Below, piece by piece: positions 1 through 11,560 of a stretch of DNA of 64,000 bases (its first letter is position 1; every line of letters begins with the position of its first letter). The notes under the pieces were generated by a model. That model made no database searches and was not told the origin of the DNA. It worked only from the letters and a program-made list of their open reading frames with translations. The stretch lies in contig OZ234493.1 of assembly GCA_965153455.1 (NCBI GenBank), positions 32,726,213-32,790,212 on the forward strand. Direction: 5' to 3'. The position numbers were made by a program, and so were the translations under genes. This stretch comes from Sphagnum compactum. Taxonomy: Eukaryota.

Positions 1-79
1 AATTAATTGTCATAAAATTAATTTAGTTATATAAAAAGACATATTTGGGTACTCAAACCACTTATTTTGAAGTGACCTT

Positions 80-350
80 ACATGTGGGTATTGCATTTAG
101 GGTTGATTATTCACCTAAAGTTGTTTAAATCACCTATGGATTATTTCAAAATGAATTTGCATGCAAGTATTGCATATAGGTTTTGGTTTCCATTGAAAGG
201 CCACCCAAACTACATACTGGTTATTTTAAAATGATTTTACATATGGGTATTGCATTTAGGGTTGGGTTTGCACCTAAGGTTATCTAAATCACCTATGGAC
301 TATATCAAAATGAACTTGAATATGGGTATTGCAATTAGGGCTAGGTATTC
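80..350. repeat. Degenerate tandem repeat (~75-80 bp period, 4 units) with core ATGGGTATTGCATTTAGGGT
   Basis: Core motif recurs near 83, 165, 243 and 322. Related (A/G)GGTATTGCA cores recur at ~870, ~50075 and ~55083. Segments ~460-650 and ~1355-1550 are also diverged copies of each other. Confidence 0.6.
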
Positions 351-2345
351 ATATAATTTTGCGATACTCGCACACATATTTATTTTCACCAACTAAAAAT
401 TTGGCTTTAATTTTTTGAATAATTAAATAAAATATGTAACAAAACACAAAAGAAGGTATGTCTTTTACCATTTGGTAATATTTCCAAGTTGAGTTCTTTC
501 ATTTTCTTTTAAAAAATATAAAATGACATTACATTATTTTACATATGCTTAAGCCCTAAAAATTTCGCCCAAAATGCACCTTAAATTTATTTTAATTATT
601 ATAGACTTGTAAAATAAATGTTAATTAATTTATATGTCCCAAACTTAACCATAATTTTAACATTAAGTAGCAAATTTTACATTAAACCCTAACCCACTGT
701 ATCATCAATGTGACCAATTTTGCATTATGTTCATTTTTATATATGTTAAATCATACTATAAAGTGAATAAATAATTTTGAAAACATGAATTTCATGATGT
801 ATTGGCAAGGAATCAAATATTTTAAAAATATTTTTAAGTTTCATGGTTAATGAATTATCACAATATGATACGGGTATTGCATTTAAAGACAAGTGGGTTA
901 TGAAATATTAAACTTTAACAACTATGGAACATATGGAAACAAAAAATATTCATAATTATGTTGTAAATCTAAACAATTGATAAGATCAAAAACCAACACA
1001 ATGAGCAAAATCTAAAGTATAAACCTTAAGCCTTGATATATACGAACCAAAGTCCTAAACATTAATCATAATACATAACCTTAGAAAATCCAAATGATAT
1101 TTTGCCATAAGCCCTATTACAACCCTAACTATACAAACCCTAACAAAAAAAAGTCCTAGTGATATATGCCCTAAACCCAAAAAACTATACAAAATATACA
1201 AATTATATAATGCAAAACAAAAAAATTGAAAAAAACATAGGAAAAAATTTAGAAACCATAATTTAAAGCTTTTAAACTACAAAGATTTACTAAGTGAAAA
1301 AAAATCTTTAATCTTTAAAAAATAAAATAATTAAAAAAAACCAAAAGAAAAAATGTCTCTTACCTTTGTGTGATCTCTCCAAATTAATTTTTTCCACTCT
1401 CTTTGAAAAAGATATAAAATGAAATTGTATTATTTCACATATATCTAAACCCTAAAATTTCCCCCCCAAATTTAACCTAGTTTAGGTTAATTACTATAGA
1501 TTTGTGAAAAACTCGCTAATTAATATATGTGTCCCAACTTTAAACCTAAACCATAATCCAATAATACATACTTATAATAATTACATGAAAAGATGTATTG
1601 TAATGTCCATTCCAAAACTAGATTAAGTAAACAAAATTTAATAAAATATACATTAACTAAACCAAAATTGTTGCAATTATGACATTGTTTCCACTATAAA
1701 TTATTTGTAATAACTACATATGGGGACCTATGTTCACCATCCATGAACTAGGCCAAACTTTAATAATTGATAGGTAGGATTGGGGGGTGGGAAAAGTGAG
1801 TAGGTAATTAGTTAGGTATTTGGCAATGTAAAAAACATAGGTAGGTAGGTGAACATAGTGGTAGGTAAGAATGTGGGTGCATAGGGAAGTAAGTAGGCAT
1901 ATACGTAGGTAGTTGGGTTAGTAGACAAGTTAGTAAGTAGAAAAAAAGTTCAAGGAGTAAAGTAGATAAATTACTAAAGTAGGTCGGCATGTAGGTAGGC
2001 AAGTTAGTAGGTAAGAAGAAAGTTACACTAACAAGGTAGCTAGGCAAGTTAGTATGTAGGAAACAAGTTACTTTATCAAGGTGACTAGGTTTGTAATGTA
2101 CTTATGTCAATAGTGTGGTTGTGTATATAGGGTTAGTAAATAGTAATGTAATTAGGTCAGTAAGGTAGGTAGTTAGTACAATGGTTAGGTCAATCGGGAA
2201 GTTAAGTCAGTAAGGTATATAGTTAATAGGGTAGCTAGGTTAGTAGGGTAGGTAGTTAGTATAGTAGTTAGGTCAATAGGATAACTAATCATTAAGGTAG
2301 GTATGTCAACAGGGGATAATTAGTAAGGTACCAAGGTTGGTACAA

Positions 2346-3055
2346 TCATATATATAAAGTCACTTGTTGTGTGCGTGCGTCTGTCGAGGTCCGTTTATCG
2401 AGGTCCTGAAACTCAGGTCCTGAGAGCCAAATGCAGCAACACTCGCGTTTATTGCACTTCGCTATGTAAAAACACGGCGGCAGCAACAGAAGAAGAGAGT
2501 CGCGAAGAACAGTAGGCAGTAGTAAGAAACGAGCACGGTAACCCTAACCCTAACCCTAAAAGCGTCTCTAAAACTGGTGAGTGCGTGTTTTCCCTCTTCG
2601 TGTGTTTCCGGCGCACATCGTCGTTCCTTTATTGTTGCTTCCGGTCTCGAGTTTCCCGTCTCTGTCTCTCTGTGTCACAGAGGCCGTGGCTAGCAAGCAT
2701 GTGTTTTGTGTCCTGAGATTTTTTTGGTGTGTTTCTTGGAAGTTTTTTTTTGCCTGCTAAGAAACAGCGAAGAAAATTGATTTGCAACAAAGAGAGAAAG
2801 GAAGGGAGGGGAGACAGGAGGAGGAGGAGAGGGGAGGGTAATAGGAGATTCGAGATTTTCAATTCCAACAGCATGGGGCGGGGGCGAGGGCATGAAGATT
2901 CTATGAGACAAATTTCAGTGAATTTAGGAGTCACTGTGAGAAATCATGTCCAATACAACTCAGGATGCATTTAGGCTCTCACTTTTTCTTGAATTAACCT
3001 AACTGCCATGGCAGGCACGGTCGGATTGTGTCCGACCGTCACGGGTACCCACTAG
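2346..3055 (+). mobile_element. Non-autonomous Helitron (~710 bp)
   Basis: Starts TCATATATATAAAG right after an A (2345) and ends CTAG right before a T (3056). Subterminal GC-rich hairpin ACGGTCGGA-ttgtg-TCCGACCGT (3017-3039) lies ~12 nt before the CTAG. No TSD. It interrupts a GTAG-rich tract that resumes after 3056. Confidence 0.8.
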
Positions 3056-4004
3056 TACTTATGAGGGTAGGAAGGTGAGTAGGGTAGCTATGTGTGAGGT
3101 CAGGTCCCTAAAACCCTAAAACAGAATGGCCATAGGGGAGGCAATTTGTTTCCCAAAATGTCCTTAGGATTCTTAAGCTCTGTAAATGTTCCTCCAAATT
3201 CACTATGAATCTGGCTGCAGGTTTTTATGAAATTGGAGGACACCTTAAATCTGTGAATATCTCTCCTAGAAAAGAGGAGTGATATTGCACCTGTGTGTGC
3301 AAAGACCTGCAAAAAAGATTCCTAGTGTATCGAGAAGCCATGTTCTAAACTGTAATTAACTGTAATTTCTCGTCGCCTGATGGAGGGGTTTGTTTTGTTC
3401 TTGAAGTAGTTCTTCCATTCCATGCCATTCCAGTTTTCCACATAACTGGTGTGCTATGGGGTTTTGTGATATGAACAGTACTGGCAAGGGCGGTTAATTC
3501 CACCCCCATGCAACCGATTCTGCAACCTACCCATTTTTTGATTAGTGACCTACCTGCCATTAATGCCACTGAACAGGCCACTGAACAGCATTCTGCCATG
3601 TTCCCATCCCCAGCCTGGCTGCCTTGGGAGTGCTTACCAGTGTTGGGTGGGTTTGGTCTAATTCACTATACACCAAATTGTGCAAAGTTTTGGGGAATTT
3701 TTTCCTCCATTAATAGTAGCTGAACTGATAGGTAGTAGCCCATGTCATGCCTGTGACAGAAGAACAGCAACATAGTCAGCTGATCAACATCCATGTAAAT
3801 TTTAATTGCAAGTGGGAAGGTCTTCAATGCATGTTGGAAGTGTCTGCAAATTGCTGCTCCTTTTTCTTACTTAGCCCAGATTTCTCAAACAACCAACCAA
3901 TACTGAGTACCTGTTTGTGTGCAAAATGATTTCTTTATTCATGGAGTATGTGCAATGGTTATGACAAAGCACCTTTAATTTTGGAGGCAAATTTCTTGAT
4001 GTTC

Positions 4005-4262
4005 ATGAGGAATCCTTTGGTGATGAAAAACCTGATCTGAGTCTCACCAAACTCCTTCCTTGCTGTCAGAAATGAGAAAACTGTAGTCTGGACAAACCAA
4101 AGATTTTCTTTCTTCAGGAACTGTCACATTTTGGCTTGCTAAGCAAAAAAGACATAGGAATGGTTAAGGTTCATGTGTAGCATGTAGTAAGTTCTGCTTC
4201 AAATCAACAGGACCTTAATCTTCACCCTGGCAGCAGCAACACAGTAGCAATGGTAGAACAAA
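4005..4262 (-). repeat. Diverged tandem duplicate of the SUT stop-codon region and 3' UTR
   Basis: 4198-4262 matches 4398-4462 (AAATCAACAGG...GCAGCAACACAG.AGCAATGG..GAACAAA). 4005-4110 matches 4272-4380 (GAGGAATCCTTTGG...AAACCTGATCTGAGT...GTCTGGACAA). Confidence 0.8.
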
Positions 4263-4403
4263 TGACAACAATGAGGAGGAATCCTTTGGGGTTCTTCAAA
4301 CCTGATCTGAGTTTCACAAACTCCTTGGTTGCTATCAGAAAACCAAGAGACTGTTGTCTGGACAACCCAAAGATGGCTTTCTATACTAAGATCTGCTTTG
4401 AAA

Positions 4404-6077
4404 TCAACAGGCCCTTCTTTGCCTTGGTAGCAGCAACACAGCAGCAATGGCGGAACAAACAGCAACTACAGCACCGAGCAAAAACGCTGGAGAATTTCCA
4501 CCTCCCCAAAGCTCATCCCAGTAGCCACTTCCAATGGAGAGAAAGATCTGTGGTACCACAACAGCAAGATTGAGCACCCCCATTGCAAGCCCCTGACCAC
4601 CCCCAATAGCTTCAGTGAAAGTTGCTGTCAGTGCATATGGCAAAGAGTAGGTGACTGCGAGAGGGATTCCAAGTAAGGCGAAAAGCCCAAGTGCAGCAGC
4701 TTTGATGTATGCTGGTGGGCCTTGATCTTTGATGAATGCTGCTGGAGGTACAGCCCATGTTATGATCAGGGTTCCCACAAAGCAAGTGCTCATGATCAAG
4801 TTGGCAACACCCCAGACACAATTTGATCCCAGATGCCGGCAAAGGTAGTTGATGATGAGTGAGAAAAGTCCAAGGATGATGGAGTTGAGCATCAACCCTA
4901 AAGCACCCATAGAAACACCGTCATAGTATTGTTTGCTGCGAGCTGGGTCAGATGGGTCACCACCGTAGACTTCCCGCCCCATCCAGTCTGTGTCATAAAG
5001 GAGGAAAGGATACCATGAAATCCATGTGAGAGCCGTGACAGCAAGAATACACCACATGGGACCCTGAAGTTGTTGTAAAGCTCCCACCAGATCCCACAAA
5101 ACATGTCCAGCCACCAATTCCTGATCCTCTGTTTCTTGGTTGCCATCTTCTTCTTTCTCATCCTCATCAATTTCAGTGGCAGCAGCTTCATTAGGTTCTT
5201 CCAGATGGTTTTCTGAAAGCAAAGGAGTGGTGCTGGTGCGTGGTATATTAGGGTTTCTCCAACTCTTGGAAGAAGAATTCCATGGAATCTCTGGGGCAGC
5301 TCTCAGGGTTAAGACCACTGTGAAAAGGAGAAGGAAGATCTCCACAAAGAAAACCGACTTCAGATTCGCACAAACCTTGTCACATGCATGGGTTTTTGTG
5401 AAGGGGAAAACCTGATACCATCGATCATAAGCACTTGCGGCAAACCCTAAGACATTCCCGAGCGCCATGAATGTAGATGAAAACCCAAATGCACTCCTGG
5501 ATCTCTTCTCGTCATCCTCCACCAAATCTGCCAAGAATGCTCGACAAGGACCTTGTATTGTATTGTTTGCAAGGTCAAAAACCCAAAACCCTAAAACAAA
5601 AATGGCGATGGCGCGTGGTCGAAAGAAGGCACCATCATCACCATCACCCAAGTTGTCACCCAACAAGTAACCCAAATCGGCAGAGAAGCTTATGATGAGA
5701 CCAGCGATGACCACAAAGACTGCACCAGCAACAAGGAAAGGTCTTCTTCTGCCGTGCTTGCTTGTACATCTATCGCTGTAATGACCCACCAGCGGTTGTA
5801 CCAAAGTTCCAGAAACTGGACCGCATAGCCATATCAGACTCACACCTGCATGAGGAATGCCAAGCTCTTGTATGTATGGAGTTAATAATGACAACTGCAA
5901 TGCCCACCCAAATTGTATCCCTAGTGCCACACTCGCTGCTTGTACCAATTCCCGGATGCTGCATCTCCTGCTGCTGGTGCTGCTACCGCTGCTTCTTCTT
6001 CTTTTGTTGTTGTTTCTTCCCTCCTGCTTGAGCATGATGATTCTCTTGGAGAGTACACTCCCAGCAGGATCCATCAT
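4404..6077 (-). CDS. SUT4: Sucrose/H+ symporter (MFS, GPH family), SUT4/type III-like, single exon
   Basis: Uninterrupted ORF with family motifs GIQFGWALQLSLLTPYIQELGIPH, IWLCGPVSG, QPLVGHYSDRCTSKHGRRRPF, DLANNTIQGPCRAFLADL, LYDTDWMGREVYGG and GGGQGLAMGVLNLAVVVPQ. First ATG is at 6077 (the ORF track starts at an upstream TTG). Subtype assignment is from remembered motif similarity. Confidence 0.92.
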   Translation of the reverse strand: MMDPAGSVLSKRIIMLKQEGRNNNKRRRSSGSSTSSRRCSIRELVQAASVALGIQFGWALQLSLLTPYIQELGIPHAGVSLIWLCGPVSGTLVQPLVGHYSDRCTSKHGRRRPFLVAGAVFVVIAGLIISFSADLGYLLGDNLGDGDDGAFFRPRAIAIFVLGFWVFDLANNTIQGPCRAFLADLVEDDEKRSRSAFGFSSTFMALGNVLGFAASAYDRWYQVFPFTKTHACDKVCANLKSVFFVEIFLLLFTVVLTLRAAPEIPWNSSSKSWRNPNIPRTSTTPLLSENHLEEPNEAAATEIDEDEKEEDGNQETEDQELVAGHVLWDLVGALQQLQGPMWCILAVTALTWISWYPFLLYDTDWMGREVYGGDPSDPARSKQYYDGVSMGALGLMLNSIILGLFSLIINYLCRHLGSNCVWGVANLIMSTCFVGTLIITWAVPPAAFIKDQGPPAYIKAAALGLFALLGIPLAVTYSLPYALTATFTEAIGGGQGLAMGVLNLAVVVPQIFLSIGSGYWDELWGGGNSPAFLLGAVVAVCSAIAAVLLLPRQRRAC

Positions 6078-6190
6078 GAAGAGCAAAATTATGACAGTTT
6101 TCAGTTGAAGTCACAATTTTAAAGGATTTTCGTTTTGAAACTTGGCAACTGATCACAGCTGCTCCATGTGATATCATTTTTAATTCTTTA

Positions 6191-6466
6191 AAGGAATCCG
6201 TAAAGTCACCTTCGTCTTCACCCTCTCTTTCACCCCCTAACCCCTCTTTTAGTGGTATCTGCAAAGTAAGGAAATCTCAGTATGAAATGCTGAAACTTAG
6301 CATTTAATGCACAAGGATGGAGAGGAATTATAATAGCTGTACAGGTAGGAGCAGTGAAAATCTTATGTAGCAGCAGTGGAGGCGCTCAGGGAAAAAGAAA
6401 GACAGGTTGAAACTCAGGAAACCATCAAAATTGAGATTCACCTCGTTGAATGCTAATGTACTTGTT
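6191..6466. mobile_element. Truncated copy of the MITE-like element at 41099-41497 (inverted), ~115 bp upstream of the SUT ATG
   Basis: Its reverse complement aligns with 41183-41497, e.g. TAGCTGTACAGGTAGGAGCAGTGAAAATCT, GTAGCAGCAGTGGAGGCGCTCAGG and TTGAATGCTAATGTACTT. Confidence 0.8.
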
Positions 6467-8787
6467 TTCGAAATAAGGTTCTCAGAAATTGGGTGTCAAA
6501 AGTTCTATTATTTGCACCAATAAGGGTTTTTAAAAAATTACTAAGATTATCAAAAAAATGGTAGAAGTTTTGAATGAAAATAATATAATGCTTTTTTCTT
6601 TCTTCAAACATTTTATATGTTCATGATTTCACACTCTTCGATAAAGCTTTCAAACTTTTAAAAGTCTTTTTCTAAATCTAATTTTTTTCAATTAATTCCA
6701 CCAAATTCAAAGACAATTTAGAATCAACTCTAGAATCATTTGGCCAATTTTTGTTCACAAAAATAAACTTTTTTTAATTGTCCAATTGTAAACGGCATCT
6801 TCGTAAATTGGGTAAGAATGTTTACTAAAATCAAATAAAATTTTGTGTCAATTTGTAATTTTAGAATGCTTATAATGTGGTGAGCCAAAAATATCAACAT
6901 TAGGAAACATGGACTTCATGTTTCTTTCACTATTGAAAAGGACATTTGATTTTTTTGGGATTCATTAGTAACATTCGAAAATAAAAAATTCTTTGGTGAG
7001 AAGTGTTTTCACTAGTTCACTTGTGTTGACAATTTATTCAAAAAATCCAAAATGTAGTTTTCAATAATTGAAACCCTAAAAAATCCAAATGTGCACATGT
7101 TCACAAAACACATACAAACACAATGAAAAAAAGAAGCAAACAAAGGAAAATTTTTAAAAACTCACCTTCAAAAATTCGAGCTTGAAGTTTGAATTTCCTT
7201 TCCTTCACTTGCAAAAGCAATCAAGCGTTGCGGTAATATCAAATTGAAAGAATCAAACTACAAAGATGAAAGGGAAGAATAGTAACGTATATCAACAAAG
7301 AGCCAAGGAACGATAGAAGGTCAAAGACTTACTTGGAAAACGATAACAACGCACAACAACGAAAAATTGAGGAACAACAACAAGAGATGGCAACAAGCAA
7401 TAACAATGCTTAACAATGAAAATTTGGGGAGTGGTATGCATGACAACGAAGAATAGCAATGCCTAACAATGAGAGACCAAGGAATGACAACGACACATGG
7501 CAACAAGGAACATCAATGCTTAACAACAAGGAGCAAGATAACAACAATGCATAATAATGAAAAGCAGCATCACACAACAACAAAGAATCAAAGAATAATA
7601 ACAATGCACATCAACGACAAGGAAAAGTAAAACTCAATAAAAAACAACAAAAATAAATAAATCAATACATAATCAAACAAATGAAAACATTAAAATGCAA
7701 AACACTAAACACAAAATACAAAAATAATAGTTAAAATTGTATTTACAGATTGAAAAGAAAGAAACGTGGAAAAGGGAAGAGGTGTCGGCTTCAATTAACC
7801 TTAATTTTTTTCCTACCTCACTAACCTACTATTGATTAATACCTTGACCTTATATTATTATTTATACCCTAACATGGTATCAATTTTTTTAAAATGTGAA
7901 AAGGTTTCAAATGGCCGATTTTTTTATCTAGTGAGAATCAATGGATGAGTTTCAAATAGGGTAACACCTTCAATGATATTCAACAATATTAAAATTAAGA
8001 ATCAATTTAAAATCTTGGTTGGTTTTCATCCAATTTTTGATACTCACCCTACACTAGTAAAAATAACCCTTATGAATGCATAAACCATCTACTTACCGAA
8101 TAATCACCTATTTTCCTACCTATATATATATATATAACTTAGTTCTTGCACAATGGGTTACTAAAGGTTTGGTTACACTAAAGACCATGGTTCAAGGCCC
8201 ATTGCAATCTTTAATATTTTATTGGTCCAAAATGACTTGGGGTGGTCACTTTGGGTTTACATTGGGGTGTTTTGAGGCCTAAGCCCAACCAAATGGTTTT
8301 GAATGAAAAGTCATGTTGGAATCCCACATGGCATGTTTTGGATAATGTCATTTGGGAATTTGTTCTAACCTAATGAAAATAATGAGGGCTCAATGGTGTT
8401 AAAAAGTCTTAATCATTCATTTATGATTTTTATTTCAAAAGAGATTTTATGCACCCCCCTTAAAAACCCCCTTTTAACATAAGAATTTTTTCACCCCTAT
8501 GCTTAACTTTTGAAAAAAATGTTCATCTATGATTTGTTTCAAAAGGGATTTTGCCCCCCCCCCCCTCTCAAACCCCTTTTAACACAAGAATTTTGCCCCC
8601 CCCACACACACACACACAAAACCTTAAACTTTAAACCTTAAGTACCATAATAGAAAAGGATCATGTGTATTTCCCTAATCATCTTATTTATGTTCTTCAA
8701 GTTTGTTGAAGTTTTTTTACATTTGAGTTTTTTTTGTGCATAGTCCAAATTGTTGTTACTTTTTTTCACATTTTTTTTTTGTAAGCC

Positions 8788-10126
8788 ATGGAAAATGGAA
8801 AGTATTCAAACTCTCAAAGGTGGAGTCAAAATTTCCAAGAAATGTGGGAACCTTCTCCAAGCATGGACCATCCTTGAAAGTGTCAAATTTTAATGCATTC
8901 TAGCCAGTAGGAAGGGCCTCCCAACCTTCACACATGAGGATCCCTTGTAGTGAAGAGGATGTGCATCTTCTTGGAGAGCAAGTCCCTATTGTGTTTTCAC
9001 AACATTCAAATTTTTTGAAGAAGATAAGGGAAATCGTGGAAATAAAAAAGGAGGAATTTAGCCAACCTACATTAAAAAAAAGGGGCAAGCCGCCAAACGT
9101 GGGTAATAAAGCAAAAAAAATCAAAAAGGGTAGTTGCTAAGAATGAATTTTTTTTTTCATAATTGGATGAAAAAAAACCAATGAACACAATTGGAAGGAT
9201 TTCAAGGTGGATGCCTTGATTGTAATTCAAAAATAAATGGATGCCGAATTTTCTAGGAGTGCCAAAAAACAAGGTATGTTTTTGGATTTTCTTTGATTTT
9301 GCACAAAATATAATTGAGGCCATTGTGCCCTTTGAAAGGCCTTGGTCTTGCCTGGTGCTTCCCCTCCCACCATGTTCATGCCTTAGGAGAATCGAATCTC
9401 AATCCTTTGGGGAAAGAAAGGAAGCCCACACCATCAACCTGTCATCACAAGTTGAAAAATTGGATCTTTATGAAATTTGTAACAAGTTCCTTCTTTTTAT
9501 TTCAAATTTTCCTTACTTCCACCAACTCTTATTTGTTGGAATTTTTTTCTTTTTTCTATTTCAAGTTCCAACCCTTTTTTTTGCTTAGGAATCACAATTA
9601 ACAAACACAGCTTTGTTGTTATAATTGGGGGAATGATTTATTATGCTTTATTTGGTTTATGTCACAAGTCAAAATGCATGGATCAAACTTGAACCTCGCA
9701 TGGTTTCTGCAATTCGTAGCTTCAATCGTTTTTAGCTTTCTTATAAAAAAAAATACAAAACTGCCTTGACAGTCTACAGAAATGACAAGGATGCATGAAC
9801 TTTTAGGGCAATGCAGGCTCTTCAAATGTAAATGGTTTCATCAAACGGATCTCTAGTATGGATTAAAGGCAAATGCTAAAAATCAAATTTTGGCATGTGC
9901 AATAGAAAAGGAAATCAATTTGTCTTTTGGAAACTCAAACACTTTGATGCCCAAACTTCATAATCAAGACAAGAAAATAAACTTGACAAAATTTAACAAA
10001 TTGGAAGGTTTCTTAGAACAAGTCATTATTAATAGCAAAGAGTTAGTGACAACCCTTTTAAACAACATTAACTTTATTGAAAATATGGATGTTCACATGG
10101 CAACATTGGTACGAAAGTTAATATAG
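8788..10126 (+). pseudogene. Decayed second Harbinger ORF (expected Myb/SANT-like DNA-binding partner)
   Basis: Fragmented ORFs (8934-9140 with basic KKRGKPP...KKIKK; 9890-10126) lie inside the TIRs, convergent with the nuclease as in PIF/Harbinger architecture. Myb identity is inferred from position only. Confidence 0.4.
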
Positions 10127-10223
10127 GCCCTTACTCACTCATGTTTTCATATTCAACCTTAGATTCAACTTTAGTTTCAGAATTTTCAAAAACCAAAAAA
10201 GTTTAGTTTTTAAATTTGTAGCT

Positions 10224-11560
10224 CTAGAGTGTTTTGGTCAAAGTTATGTGCTGATTTGTTGCTTCATTTAATAAATCTTCATCCATTTCATCCTCTCTGA
10301 TCAAGAATGTTTGGACCTCCATATCTTCACAACCTTGGTCACCTGGAATCGCCATATTTGGGTGTGATTCAATTCTACCCCTAAAATTTGTGAGAGCAAC
10401 CTGTTCACCACATAATTCAGATCCTTCTCTCAATTCCTCTCGAGTTAATTGACTTTGTAATTCTTTTTCAACATCTTCAATCCAAGTCCTATCAAAAGCA
10501 TCCTTTGACAAAATGCATATGTTATGCAAAATTATGCATGTAGAAACAACATCTAGGATAAAACACAATGAATAATCCATACGTTTTATGATAATCCTCC
10601 ACCTACATTTTATTATGCCAAATGTTCACTCAACACACATCCGAGTTGATGATTGAATGAAATTCCAATTTATATTGTATCCTTCCAAAGTTAAATCACC
10701 TCCACCCTTGAATGGACAATAAATCCATGGATGCATCAAATATGCTACAATACCGATCAACTTGTAGGGTAGAAACTTGCTTTGAATTCACATCTTCCCA
10801 ACTTTTGAAAGTTGGAAGATAGTTCAATCATGCATGCTATCAATCCAACCAAACTCATAATCCCAAAATACACATTTTGTATCAACAATTCCTTGCAATA
10901 GTGGAGAATGAAATGACTTTCAACAATAATAGTCTTCTCCCCCTACGATAGATGTTTGAATGGGGATGTGTGACCCATCTATTGCGCCAATGACGTGTGG
11001 AATTCCATGTAAACCTTCAAACTCTTTTGACAAAACCCTAAATTGAGGTTCAGTTGGAAATTGCACAAACAATTTTCGAAGATGCAACCTTACCATATGA
11101 CAAAACTCTCTCACAATCATTGAAATAGTAGCTTTAGCTACTCCAAAAAGATCACTCATTAGTTGTACGCCATTCCCACTTCCTAACCTCATCAAAGACA
11201 TTACAACCCTATCTTCCACCAAAATTGGATCTCTCATAGGTGTATGTTTGTTTTTTCAAATGTGAACCCAATTTTTCAAAAAGGTATCGAATGTGCAATG
11301 AGAAACCATAGTGCTTTGCTTGAACATTTTTTCTATGTAATCACTAAACAAAAACCGATCTATGAATCCATGTTACCTTTCAAAAGCCCAAACAATATGT
11401 TTTTCCTCCTCATGAAATCACACATGACTACAAGCAATGTAAAGCACTCCATTCCAAACCCTAAAACCAAAGCTTGAATATTCAACACTTGTTGAATCAA
11501 CATATAAAAAACCCAATACATAGCCATCACAATCAATATTCGTTTCTTTCTCTCATCCAT
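10224..11560 (-). pseudogene. Harbinger transposase (DDE_Tnp_4/HARBI1-like) pseudogene
   Basis: Motifs FGVAKATISMIVREFC, IPHVIGAIDGSHIPI and CIILHNICI are spread over ORF fragments 11360-11560, 10920-11237 and 10224-10580, separated by stops and frameshifts. Confidence 0.88.

Noticed and set aside
1770-2340. ORF 1808-2047 and GTAG-rich tract
   Set aside because: Low-complexity GGTA/GTAG repeat; the ORF is a by-product of the repeat.
3100-3125. CCCTAAAACCCTAAAA as a possible telomerase RNA template
   Set aside because: No upstream USE/TATA Pol III promoter is visible, and telomere-like motifs are common throughout this window.
7200-7720. Hydrophobic ORFs 7321-7604 on the minus strand
   Set aside because: Derived from CAA/ACAA-rich low-complexity sequence; no recognisable domain.
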